From positions 2,062 to 66,061 of the forward strand of contig DASSBA010000209.1 in the NCBI GenBank assembly GCA_035699205.1: DNA of 64,000 nt. The letters are read 5' to 3'. Positions 37,284 through 45,976 of this stretch are shown here, in pieces. Position numbers and translations under genes: made by a program. Within the stretch, counting starts at the first letter, position 1, and each line of letters starts with the position of its first letter. This DNA is from Gemmatimonadales bacterium. GTDB lineage: Bacteria; Gemmatimonadota; Gemmatimonadetes; Gemmatimonadales; GWC2-71-9. The notes below the pieces were generated by a model. It was not told the origin of the DNA. It searched no databases and saw only the letters and a program-made list of their open reading frames with translations.

Positions 37284-37963
37284 GCCAGACGCTGGCGACC
37301 CGCCCCGCGGACGCGGCCAGGGGTGGCGCCACCGCGGCGCAACTTCTCCGGTCGGCCTACGACTGGGAAAGCGCGCGCGAATCCATCACCCTGGGCGACG
37401 CCATCCGGCGATTTCGCAAGGTGAACGGCTACGTGGGCCTGCCCGTGCCCGCCCGGCCGGCGTTCCTCAAGGTGTTCCGCCGGCTCATCAACGGGCGGAG
37501 GCCGCCGGAGCAGATCTATCTGGTGCACGACGCATCGCACGTGCTGACCGGCACGACCTTCACTCACGACGAGCCGCCGCTGGTGCTGCTGGCCGCGGAG
37601 GCGGTGGAGCAGGGATTCTACTTCGCGTCGAGGGGCACACCGAGGCTCGTGGGCTGGGTCCTGTTCTATGGCGGGGCGTTCGTCGAGTGCGCCAGGCGGA
37701 TCGCCTCGTTTCGGCAGGTGTTCCGCGGGATCCGGCTGGGTCTGTTCAACCGCGCCTACGACTATGCGGCGCGCACCCGGCTCACCAATCTCTTCGACAT
37801 CCCCGAGGAGGAGTTCCGCGGCCTGACGGTGGCTGAGGCGCGCCGCCGGCTGGGGATGCCGGTCGGCGGGCCGGCGGCGGAGCTGTACGCCGAGATCCCG
37901 ATCCCGGTGCCGCTGGCGAGCGCGCTGCGCCGGGAATGGGAGGAGTTCGGGGTGAGGCGTTAG
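37280..37963 (+). CDS. Hypothetical protein with a Coq4-like HDxxH-x10-E motif
   Basis: ATGA overlap with asnB. LVHDASHVLTGTTFTHDEPP matches the putative zinc-ligand motif of the Coq4 family. Nothing else recognised. Confidence 0.55.
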   Translation: MSQTLATRPADAARGGATAAQLLRSAYDWESARESITLGDAIRRFRKVNGYVGLPVPARPAFLKVFRRLINGRRPPEQIYLVHDASHVLTGTTFTHDEPPLVLLAAEAVEQGFYFASRGTPRLVGWVLFYGGAFVECARRIASFRQVFRGIRLGLFNRAYDYAARTRLTNLFDIPEEEFRGLTVAEARRRLGMPVGGPAAELYAEIPIPVPLASALRREWEEFGVRR

Positions 37964-37974
37964 GCGGTTCCGCG

Positions 37975-38415
37975 TCAGCTCGCACGGCGGCGGTTGTCGA
38001 GGCTCGCCGGCCCGGCGCCGTTGCCCAGGAGGAACAGGAAGACCAGCATGTAGAGCAGCGGCACCTCGCCGCCGTTCTCCAGCGGCACGCCGCCCTTCGG
38101 CAGATGGGCCTGGAAGAACGCCACCAGCATCTCGCCCGCCAGCACGAACGCCACCGGCCGGGTGAACAGGCCGAGCAGCAGCAGCAGCCCGCCGAACGTT
38201 TCCAGCACACCAGCGAGTCCCATCTGCGACCAGAGCGTGACGGTGCCGCCGGGCGTTGCCCCGACGCCGCCGAACATGCCGAACAGCTTCTGCAGCCCGT
38301 GCTCCATGTAGAGGAGGGCGGCGCCGATGCGAAGCAGCGCGTGAGTGACGGGGGCGAGCCGGGCGAAGCCGGCCGATCGGCTGGACAGCGCGGTATCGCG
38401 CGGGACGGTTGTCAT
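37975..38415 (-). CDS. DoxX family membrane protein
   Basis: LLRIGAALLYMEHGLQKLFGMFGG..., four hydrophobic helices. The start is taken at MTTVPRD (38415). The track ORF starts at 38481. Confidence 0.8.
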   Translation of the reverse strand: MTTVPRDTALSSRSAGFARLAPVTHALLRIGAALLYMEHGLQKLFGMFGGVGATPGGTVTLWSQMGLAGVLETFGGLLLLLGLFTRPVAFVLAGEMLVAFFQAHLPKGGVPLENGGEVPLLYMLVFLFLLGNGAGPASLDNRRRAS

Positions 38416-38611
38416 CGTGCGTCCCTCCGGAACGAGGTTCGAGCCTGGGCGGAAGCTGACCGGCTCCGGACCGTCGGACAAGGCCAGGTGCGGCCTCCGC
38501 CACCTGAGGGACGACGGAGGAGACCCGGGGCGGCGAGATGCCGTTGGAGAGTGCCGGTCGAAGGAACGCTGGAGGGTAGCCGAGGCAGGTCGGCAAACGA
38601 GGGGGCATCGA

Positions 38612-38698
38612 CGGCGTGGGTGAGATTCGAACTCACGAAGGACTTGCGCCCTTGGCGGTTTTCAAGACCGCTGCCTTCAACCACTCGGCCACCACGCC
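38612..38698 (-). tRNA. tRNA-Ser (anticodon UGA), class II
   Basis: Hand-folded. Acceptor GGCGTGG/CCACGCC plus G. Anticodon arm GCGGT-CTTGAAA-ACCGC. Long variable arm. T arm GTGAG-TTCGAAT-CTCAC. CCA is not encoded. Confidence 0.9.
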
Positions 38699-38768
38699 TG
38701 GTGGGTACAACGTATTCTGGCCCAACGAGTTGTTCAAGTGAGCTACGAGACAACGCGAAGTCGCTGGC

Positions 38769-39383
38769 TCAGGTGTGCTTGACGGTGATGGTCTCGAGCT
38801 CGTTGGCCACGTCATCGCACGCGTCGAGCGTATCTTCGAGCTGGTCGTACAAGGCCTTCCACCGGATTACGTCCACCGGCTCCGGATTCCCGGTGAACAG
38901 CTCCGTCACCGCCGCTTCCCAGACCGCATCCCCTTCCTCCTCGGCCCGCTTGATCGCCTGGCACCGGGCCAGCACTTCGTCACCCGTCCGGATGTGCCTG
39001 ACCGCACCTTCGATCTCGCGTACGGCCCGGACCAGAATGCGAGCCAGCACCACGGCAGGTTCGCGCCGTGCCGTGGCCCGGAGGCTCACGGCGCGTCGGG
39101 CCGTTCCGCCGATGAACTCGGCCACCTGACCCAGTCTCGTGGACAGCAGGTGAATGTCCTCCCGGTCCATGGGCGGGACGAAGAGCTTGTCCACATTGAC
39201 GTCGAGGTCGTGCGCGGCCTCGTCCGTTTCGTGCTGGACGCGATCGATCTGCGCGAGGAGGGCCGGTAGCCGCGCCGGGTCGTCCAACCCCTCTTCCAGA
39301 AGGGTGGCAACCGTGGTCAGGCGCGTGGCGATCCCGCTGAAGTGGTCGAAGAACTTGCGCTCGTCGGGAAACAGCCAGCTCAT
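38769..39383 (-). CDS. DUF47 / PhoU-like (TIGR00153, Pit-accessory type) protein
   Basis: MSWLFPDERKFFDHF...HETDEAAHDL...FVPPMDREDIHLL...LEDTLDACDDVANEL, typical of the YkaA/DUF47 family. Confidence 0.8.
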   Translation of the reverse strand: MSWLFPDERKFFDHFSGIATRLTTVATLLEEGLDDPARLPALLAQIDRVQHETDEAAHDLDVNVDKLFVPPMDREDIHLLSTRLGQVAEFIGGTARRAVSLRATARREPAVVLARILVRAVREIEGAVRHIRTGDEVLARCQAIKRAEEEGDAVWEAAVTELFTGNPEPVDVIRWKALYDQLEDTLDACDDVANELETITVKHT

Positions 39384-39434
39384 GGTGTGCTCCGATGTCC
39401 TGCCGGCGAATGCGGGCCGGGATGGCCTCCGGCG

Positions 39435-39902
39435 TCAGGTTGGAATCATGACCCTGCGCATCACCACGGCCGATGTGGGGCAGGCGCCACGGAACTCGAC
39501 CGACGCCTTCACGCCTGCGGGCACTTCCTCCCGGGCAATGCGGTCGAACCCGAAACGCGGGAAGTAGCGCTCGGCGGTCGTGGTGAGGAGGTAGACGGCC
39601 CGGACGCCGCGCTCGCGCGCATGGCCCAAAATGCGTTGGACGAGCGCCTGGCCGGTGCCGGTGCCCTGGGCAGCAGCCTCCACGACCGCCGACCGAAGCA
39701 GGGCATCCGGCCCGTACAGTTCGAGTCCCACCGCCCCCACTATGCGCCCCTGGTCCTCCGCCACATAGAAATCGGTGAGCGTGGGCGATACACCCGTCAC
39801 GGGGAGGTTGGCTGCCTCCAGCAAACCCACCACGCCCCGGTAGTCGGCTCCGGTGGCGCGTCGCACCGCTGCCAGCGGCCGGGCGTCGCCAACGGCGATC
39901 AC
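39435..39902 (-). CDS. arsN2: GNAT acetyltransferase, ArsN2-like
   Basis: GNAT core (RIVGAVGLE...QGTGTGQALV). The C-terminal ...ACPTSAVVMRR and the position right after arsM (4-nt overlap) fit ArsN2-type proteins. Confidence 0.7.
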   Translation of the reverse strand: MIAVGDARPLAAVRRATGADYRGVVGLLEAANLPVTGVSPTLTDFYVAEDQGRIVGAVGLELYGPDALLRSAVVEAAAQGTGTGQALVQRILGHARERGVRAVYLLTTTAERYFPRFGFDRIAREEVPAGVKASVEFRGACPTSAVVMRRVMIPT

Positions 39903-40738
39903 GCGGCCCGTGCCGGCTTGCGGGCGCGGATGAATGCCCCCATGAGCCGGCCCCCGACTTCGCGGGCGAGCACCTCGGTGTCGAGGCCGCTGCCCGAGAG
40001 GAACACCCTGGCGTCCTCGAACTCGTAGATGCGGGTGGGCTCGATCCCGATCTCCTCGAAGCCCGCCTCCCGCAGCAACCGCTCAAATTCCTGCTCGGTG
40101 AGCGCGCCGGCGACGCAGCCCACCCACAGCTCCATGCTGGACCGCACGGCGGCCGGGACCTCGCCCCGCACCACCACGTCGGACACGGCGAACCGGCCGC
40201 CGGGCTTGAGGACGCGGAACGCCTCGACGATCACCTTCCGCTTGTCAGCCGAGAGGTTGACGACGCAGTTGGAGATGATCACGTCCACGGAGGCATCGGG
40301 GAGCGGGATGTCCTCGATCTGGCCGCGCAGGAATTCAGCATTCTCCACGCCGGCCTTGCGCTGATTGTCCCGCGCCAGCGCCAGCATTTCGTCGGTCATG
40401 TCGAGCCCGTACGCCTTGCCCGAGGCACCGACCCGCCTGGCCGAGAGCAGGACATCGATGCCGCCGCCCGAACCCAGGTCGAGCACGACCTCGCCTTCGT
40501 GCAGCTCCGCCAGCGCGGTGGGGTTGCCGCATCCGAGCGAGGCCAGCACGGCCTCGGCCGGGAGGACCGCGGTCTGGGCGGCGCTGTAGAGGTTGGACGT
40601 GATCGGATCGTCGGACGACGTCCCGCACGAGCCACCGCAGCACGACGACCCGGCCCCGCTGGTCACCCGCAGCGCCGCCTCGCCGTAGCGCGCCCGCACG
40701 GTGGTCCTGATGTCCACTCCGCTCATCCGATACCTCAT
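39899..40738 (-). CDS. arsM: Arsenite S-adenosylmethionine methyltransferase
   Basis: VRARYGEAAL..., Cys-rich SSCCGGSCG, LGCGNP, VLDLGSGGGIDV SAM motif, and NCVVNL. The track start (TTG at 40741) is one codon upstream of the ATG at 40738. Confidence 0.88.
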   Translation of the reverse strand: MRYRMSGVDIRTTVRARYGEAALRVTSGAGSSCCGGSCGTSSDDPITSNLYSAAQTAVLPAEAVLASLGCGNPTALAELHEGEVVLDLGSGGGIDVLLSARRVGASGKAYGLDMTDEMLALARDNQRKAGVENAEFLRGQIEDIPLPDASVDVIISNCVVNLSADKRKVIVEAFRVLKPGGRFAVSDVVVRGEVPAAVRSSMELWVGCVAGALTEQEFERLLREAGFEEIGIEPTRIYEFEDARVFLSGSGLDTEVLAREVGGRLMGAFIRARKPARAA

Positions 40739-40775
40739 CAAAAATGGTTGATATGTGACCGAAACAGCGGGCGGC

Positions 40776-41099
40776 TCAACAGCAGCCGCTCCGGCGCTCC
40801 GCCGCCGAGGGTGTGGAGGCGAGCGCCTCCAGCAGTTCGGCCGTTTCCGCCAGCGCCTCGGCGTTTACCGTGTAGTACATCCAGCGGCCCTCCCGGCGGT
40901 CCGTCACCAGCCCGGCATCCTTGAGCACCTTGAGGTGGAACGACAGCCGGGACTGGGCGGCATCGAGCGCATCGGTGAGGTCGCAGACGCACCGTTCGCC
41001 GTGGCGCAAGCGATTCAGGATGGACAGCCGGGTCTGGTCGGACAGCGCCCGAAACAGGCGGACCGCCCGCTCGGTGTCGGGCCTCGTACGAGTTGCCAT
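40776..41099 (-). CDS. arsR: ArsR/SmtB family metalloregulator
   Basis: LFRALSDQTRLSILNRLRHGERCVCDL...SFHLKVLKDAGLV. Carries the CVC metalloid-binding motif and a C-terminal CC pair. Confidence 0.9.
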   Translation of the reverse strand: MATRTRPDTERAVRLFRALSDQTRLSILNRLRHGERCVCDLTDALDAAQSRLSFHLKVLKDAGLVTDRREGRWMYYTVNAEALAETAELLEALASTPSAAERRSGCC

Positions 41100-41110
41100 G
41101 GCCTGAATAT

Positions 41111-41126
41111 ATCAACGAGCGTTGAT
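41111..41126. promoter_or_regulatory. Perfect 7-2-7 palindrome ATCAACG-AG-CGTTGAT, candidate ArsR operator
   Basis: Lies 12 nt upstream of the arsR start, in the arsR / 41211 divergent spacer. The extended half-site ATATCAAC recurs on the minus strand at 40747-40754, 9 nt upstream of the arsM ATG. Confidence 0.55.
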
Positions 41127-41210
41127 GTGTCAAGGACGGTGGCGGCGGTTCATGGCGGCAGTCCGCCGCGCTGGCGACGGCCGGGACCTTCGGGTATTCT
41201 CGCACGTACC

Positions 41211-41621
41211 ATGCGGCCCGAAAGCGACTTCCAGGACAGCGGCCCGTGGCCGCGGGGAGCGGGACCACGTCATCCGATCCTCGTCGGCCTGGTCATGATC
41301 GTGGTGGCCGCGGCCGTAGGGTTCCTGCTGCTCCGCAATCTCGACGCGGCTGGAGGCGCCGGCCTCGTGTCGCCCGGCGGGGTGGCGATCGCGGGGCCCA
41401 ACGACTCCGCCGGGGCTCCCGCCGCGCGGCCCGATTCTCCGTCGGCGCCGAACGTCAGTCCGTTCCGCCGGGCTCACCCGTGGGCCGCGCCGCCGGGTGG
41501 CCGGTACTACTACCGGAGCGACTGCCGAGCGGTGCTGGCGCGTCCCGACCTCGTGTTCTTCCGGACCGAGCGCGAGGCGCGCGCCGCCGGATTCGTGCCC
41601 GCGCGTCGGCCGGAGTGCTGA
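41211..41621 (+). CDS. Hypothetical membrane-anchored protein with a C-terminal Cys-containing (Ada-like/sunset-type) motif
   Basis: TM helix ILVGLVMIVVAAAVGFLLL. The C-terminus (YYYRSDCRAVLARPDLVFFRTEREARAAGFVPARRPEC) resembles small metal-binding tails. Weak assignment. Confidence 0.5.
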   Translation: MRPESDFQDSGPWPRGAGPRHPILVGLVMIVVAAAVGFLLLRNLDAAGGAGLVSPGGVAIAGPNDSAGAPAARPDSPSAPNVSPFRRAHPWAAPPGGRYYYRSDCRAVLARPDLVFFRTEREARAAGFVPARRPEC

Positions 41622-41624
41622 GGG

Positions 41625-43742
41625 TCATAACGCGCCGCGGCCGCTGAGTTCCCGCGCCACGTCCCGCGCCACGCCGGTCGCCCTGGCCGCCAGTGCCGAG
41701 TCGCCCCGGGCCTCGAGCACCCGCGCCGACCCGCCATAGACCACCGCGTAGAGCTGCAGGATCGAGCCCGACGGCGCGTCTACCCAGCCGAAGGGCCGCT
41801 CACGCGTGGCGGTCTTCCAGTGGTACACGTCCCAGAGGAGCGCCTTGTTCCGCGGCACATCCAGGTAGCCCAGCCCCGGGCTCATCACGACCGACTCGCT
41901 GGGCTTCACCGGCACGGGCATCAGCTTGCGCACGAACCCCTGGGACACGAGATACGGGCTCAGCCCGAGGGTCTGGTCGGGATAGCCCCCGTCGCTCCAG
42001 CTGAAGAACACCGGGCGCTTTCCCTGGTTGTCGCGGATCAGGAAGATGGCCGCGAGGTCCTGCCGCAGCAGCACGTCCTGGCCGAACCGGATCTGCAGAC
42101 TATCGAAGGTGATCCCGCCGTTGGCGGGCACCTGCATCGCCTCGGGGAGGCTGTCCACCTCGGCCTGGCTCAGCGTGAGCGCCGGCGTGGTGGGCCGCGG
42201 CGGCACCGGCACGGATCGCCAGATGGGATCGGCCTTCGAGGGATCGAACGCGGGCGTCTCGCGCCGGGCGAGCTGGCGGAGGTGCCAGTTGGTATTCATG
42301 AGCGAGAGGTTCGCCAGGGTGACGTCCGGCCGGATCCCCTCGACCTCCTGCGCGTACCAGAGGGGGAAGGTGTCGTTGTCGCCGGCGGTGATGAGGATGC
42401 CGTAGGGCTCCACGCTGTTGAGCATGTCGTAGGCGAAGTCGCGCGCCATCGTCTCGTGGGCGCGGCTGGCGGTGGCATGGTTGCCGAACAGGGGAATGAG
42501 CGCCAGCGCCAGGACCGGCGAGGCGGCGGCCCAGCGCGCGGCCTCCGAGCCGCGGTCGCGGAGGCCATCCGCGATCGACTGCATCAGCGCGCCGAGACCG
42601 CATGCCACGAACGCGCCGTAGACGGCGAACGAGCCGATGAAGAAGTAGTCGCGCTCGCGCACCTCGCGGGGCAGGGACGGCTGGCCCGGATACTGGGAGA
42701 ACCCGTACTTGAAGTTCATGTAGAACACGAGGCCGACCGACAGCGTCCCGAGCAGGGCCAGACCGGCCAGCCCCGCGCGCCGGTCCGACTTCCACAGCGC
42801 CCACAGCCCGCTCAGTCCCAGGACCGCGAAGATCGCCGTGGCCACTCCGGAGAGCCGTCCGGGCCAGTCGCGGGCGAACTGCCAGGAGTAGTACTGCCAG
42901 AAATTGCCGAGTTGTCCCCAGAAGCTCGCCTGGCGCTCGGTGAGCGGCGGCTTGCCGTACTGCACCCGGTTGAGCACGTCCTGCAGTGCCTGGCTGAAGA
43001 AGCCGACCGGCTCGCCCTCGTTGATGGGCGGATACTGGGCCGCGCGCATCGGGAGCCACAGATAGTTGAGCGAAATGCCCACGAGCACGACGAGGATGAT
43101 CCCCGCGAGCACCCTCGGACGGGTGACGACGCTCCAGTCCGTCCACAGCACGTACACCACCAGCGCCGGCACCGCGAGCACCCCCATGAGGTGGTTCGTG
43201 GAGGTGAGCGCCAGCACGTAGGCGATCAACACGAGCCAGCGATCGCGGTGCGGCCCGGGCTCGTCGTCGCCCCAGCGGACCACCAGCCACATGACCAGGG
43301 CGATGGAAAACAGCGAGACGGTGTACACCTTCTCGTTCACCGTACTCTGATTCCATACCGACCACGAGGTGGCGCCCACCAGCACGCCGCCGAAGGCCGC
43401 GGCGTACCGGGCCCAGCGCACCGAGACGATCCCGCGCAGCCACCGCTCGGCGACGAGAAACCAGAACCCGGCCGCCGCGGCGCTGGTGACCGCCGCGAAG
43501 AGGTTGATTCGTACCGCGTACTCCGTGGCGAGCGGGAGCAGCCCGAAGCTGTGGGCCAGGATGACGAACAGCGGGTTGCCGGGCGGGTGAGGGATCCCGA
43601 GCACCTTGGCCGCGGCGATGTACTCCGAGGTGTCCCAGAACGCCGTGGTCGGCGCCAGGGTCAGCAGGTAGATCACCAGGACGGCGACGAAGGTGCAGAA
43701 CGCGAACAGGTACGGCGGGCGTTCCTGCGACGTGGTGGTCAT
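41625..43742 (-). CDS. DUF2723 (TMEM260-like, glycosyltransferase-C fold) integral membrane protein
   Basis: LAPTTAFWDTSEYIAAAKVLGIPHPPGNPLF is the hallmark N-terminal motif. More than 10 TM helices, then a soluble C-terminal domain. Confidence 0.8.
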   Translation of the reverse strand: MTTTSQERPPYLFAFCTFVAVLVIYLLTLAPTTAFWDTSEYIAAAKVLGIPHPPGNPLFVILAHSFGLLPLATEYAVRINLFAAVTSAAAAGFWFLVAERWLRGIVSVRWARYAAAFGGVLVGATSWSVWNQSTVNEKVYTVSLFSIALVMWLVVRWGDDEPGPHRDRWLVLIAYVLALTSTNHLMGVLAVPALVVYVLWTDWSVVTRPRVLAGIILVVLVGISLNYLWLPMRAAQYPPINEGEPVGFFSQALQDVLNRVQYGKPPLTERQASFWGQLGNFWQYYSWQFARDWPGRLSGVATAIFAVLGLSGLWALWKSDRRAGLAGLALLGTLSVGLVFYMNFKYGFSQYPGQPSLPREVRERDYFFIGSFAVYGAFVACGLGALMQSIADGLRDRGSEAARWAAASPVLALALIPLFGNHATASRAHETMARDFAYDMLNSVEPYGILITAGDNDTFPLWYAQEVEGIRPDVTLANLSLMNTNWHLRQLARRETPAFDPSKADPIWRSVPVPPRPTTPALTLSQAEVDSLPEAMQVPANGGITFDSLQIRFGQDVLLRQDLAAIFLIRDNQGKRPVFFSWSDGGYPDQTLGLSPYLVSQGFVRKLMPVPVKPSESVVMSPGLGYLDVPRNKALLWDVYHWKTATRERPFGWVDAPSGSILQLYAVVYGGSARVLEARGDSALAARATGVARDVARELSGRGAL

Positions 43743-43753
43743 GAGGTCCGGGG

Positions 43754-45283
43754 CTAGTGTCTGAACTGGCGGTGGCCGGTCATGACCATCGCGATGCCGT
43801 GGAGGTTGGCGGCCTCGACCACCTCGGCGTCGCGGATGGAGCCGCCGGGCTGAATGATCGCGGTTACCCCCGCGGCCGCGGCCTGCTCGACGCCGTCGGC
43901 AAAGGGGAAGTAGCCGTCCGATGCCAGCACGCTGCCTGCCGGGTCGTGCCCCTGCTGGCGGGCCTTGTGGACCGCCAGGAAGGCGCTGTCCACCCGGCTC
44001 ATCTGTCCGGCGCCGATGCCGATGGCCGCCTCGTCGCGGGCCAGCAGGATGGCGTTGGACTTGATGGAGGCGACCGCCGGCCAGGCGAACCGGAGGTCAT
44101 TCCATTCGCGCTCGGTGGGGTGGCGGTCGGTGGCCACCTTCCAGTCATGGTCGGTCGGCTCGATCTGGAACTGGTCCTGCACCAGGAAGCCTCCCCGGAC
44201 GCGCTTGAGGTCTAGCGAGCCCGAGCCGCGGCTCACCGGGAGCTCCACCACCCGCAGCGCCTTCTTGGCCGCGAAGACGGCGAGCGCCTCGTCGTGGAAC
44301 GATGGCGCCACGACCACCTCGACGAAGAGATCCTTCATCGCCTCGGCGGTGGCACGGTCCACCACCGTATTGAAGGCGACCACCGACCCGAACGCCGATA
44401 CCGGATCGGTGGCCCGCGCTTTCCGGAACGCCTCACTGGCGGAGGCGGCCACGGCGATGCCGCACGGCGTGGTGTGCTTGATGACGCTGCAGGCCGGCCG
44501 CGTGTTCCAGCAGGCCACCGCCCACATCGCGGCATCGAGGTCGAGCAGGTTGTTGAACGAGAGCTCCTTCCCCTGGCGCTGGGTCAGGTCCCGCATCCCG
44601 CGCGGCTCCTCGGTGACGTAGAGCGCCGCGCGCTGACCCGGGTTTTCGCCGTAGCGGAGCGTCTGCACCCGCTCCATGGCGAGGCCCAGCCGCCGAGGGA
44701 GCCCGTCCTCGGAGGGCGTGAGAAAGCCCGCGATCGCCGCGTCGTAATCCGCCGTATGAGCGAACACCTTGGCCGCGAATTCGCGACGGAGTTCGGGCGT
44801 GAGCCCGCCGGCGCGGAGCAACTCGAGCACCTGCGGGTAATCGGTGGGGTCCACCACGGGCAGCACGAATTCGTGGTTCTTGGCCGCGGAGCGGAGCATC
44901 GATGGTCCGCCGATGTCGATGTTCTCGACGGCGTCGTCGAAGGAGACGTCGGCCTGGGAGATCGTCATCTGGAACGGATACAGATTCACGGCGACGAGGT
45001 CGATCGGCGTGATGCCATGCTCGCGGAGCGCGGCGAGGTGCGCGGGCAGGTCGCGCCGCGCCAGGAGCGCGCCATGCACGGCGGGGTGGAGCGTCTTCAC
45101 CCGGCCGTCGAGCAGCTCGGGGAACCGGGTGATCTCGTCCACCGGGGTCACCGCCAGCCCCGCCGCACGCAGCGCCGCGGCGGTGCCGCCGGTCGAGACG
45201 ATCTCCCAGCCGAGCTGTGACAACCCCTGGGCAAAAGCGACGATTCCCCGCTTGTCGCTGACCGAGATCAGCGCGCGCGGCAT
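43754..45283 (-). CDS. purH: Bifunctional AICAR transformylase / IMP cyclohydrolase
   Basis: MPRALISVSDKRGIV...GGTAAAL...GRVKTLHP...QPGGSIRD. The track ORF extends upstream to 45568 in the same frame. Confidence 0.92.
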   Translation of the reverse strand: MPRALISVSDKRGIVAFAQGLSQLGWEIVSTGGTAAALRAAGLAVTPVDEITRFPELLDGRVKTLHPAVHGALLARRDLPAHLAALREHGITPIDLVAVNLYPFQMTISQADVSFDDAVENIDIGGPSMLRSAAKNHEFVLPVVDPTDYPQVLELLRAGGLTPELRREFAAKVFAHTADYDAAIAGFLTPSEDGLPRRLGLAMERVQTLRYGENPGQRAALYVTEEPRGMRDLTQRQGKELSFNNLLDLDAAMWAVACWNTRPACSVIKHTTPCGIAVAASASEAFRKARATDPVSAFGSVVAFNTVVDRATAEAMKDLFVEVVVAPSFHDEALAVFAAKKALRVVELPVSRGSGSLDLKRVRGGFLVQDQFQIEPTDHDWKVATDRHPTEREWNDLRFAWPAVASIKSNAILLARDEAAIGIGAGQMSRVDSAFLAVHKARQQGHDPAGSVLASDGYFPFADGVEQAAAAGVTAIIQPGGSIRDAEVVEAANLHGIAMVMTGHRQFRH

Positions 45284-45293
45284 GACGGACGGC

Positions 45294-45899
45294 TCACGGG
45301 TGGGACTCCACGGTTTCGGGAAGCGGTACGGGGCGCCCGGCCAGGGCGGCCGCCAGCACCGCCGCGGGCAGCAGCCGGTGCTCGACCGCGAGGACGCGCA
45401 CGGCCAGCCGGTCGGGCGTGTCATCCGGCAGAACGGGGACGCGACCCTGGGCGAGGATCGTCCCGCGGTCGTAGACCTCGTCCACCAGGTGGACGGTGGC
45501 CCCGCTCTCGCGGGCGCCGCTGGCCAGCACGGCCTCGTGCACGCGGCGGCCGTACATCCCGCGCCCACCGAACGCCGGGAGCAGGGCGGGGTGCACGTTC
45601 AGGATCCGGTCGCGGTAGCGGGTGATGACGGCGGCGGGGACCAGCTTGAGGTAGCCGGCCAGTACCAGCAGTTCCACACGATGCCGTTGGAGCCGTTCGA
45701 GCCAGTCGGCAGCGTCGGACGGGTCGGAGAGCAGCTCGGTGGCCACCATGTGGGCGCGCGCCCGCTCGAGGGCATCCGCGTCCGGGTTGTTGCTCAGCAC
45801 GAGCACCACCCGGGCCGGAGCGTCGGGTCCCAGCGCGCGCAGCAGCGCCTCGAGATTGCTGCCGCGCCCCGAGACGGCGACGGCCACGCGCATGGTCAT
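45294..45899 (-). CDS. purN: Phosphoribosylglycinamide formyltransferase
   Basis: MRVAVAVSGRGSNLEALL...ILNVHPALLPAFGG...GATVHLVDEVYDRG. The track ORF 45294..46760 is an upstream extension. Confidence 0.9.
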   Translation of the reverse strand: MTMRVAVAVSGRGSNLEALLRALGPDAPARVVLVLSNNPDADALERARAHMVATELLSDPSDAADWLERLQRHRVELLVLAGYLKLVPAAVITRYRDRILNVHPALLPAFGGRGMYGRRVHEAVLASGARESGATVHLVDEVYDRGTILAQGRVPVLPDDTPDRLAVRVLAVEHRLLPAAVLAAALAGRPVPLPETVESHP

Positions 45900-45976
45900 G
45901 GCCGAGGAAGGTAATCCGGGGCGGCGTGCGGGGAAATCCTGGTGACGCGCGGCCGCGGCACCGCCGAAGCTGACGA

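Noticed and set aside
38416-38611. A tRNA-like GGTTCGAGCC string (about 38440-38452) in the 196-nt spacer between tRNA-Ser(UGA) and DoxX. Could this be tRNA-Sec or an attachment-site remnant?
   Set aside because: I could not fold a T-arm, acceptor stem or anticodon arm around it on either strand. There is no UCA anticodon loop in context. It is not a direct repeat of the neighbouring tRNA 3' end.
38612-41621. The ars cluster beside a tRNA-Ser gene, as a possible genomic island.
   Set aside because: There is no integrase or transposase and no direct repeat of the tRNA 3' end. The cluster lies on the 5' side of the tRNA rather than the usual 3' insertion side. GC content looks like the flanks.
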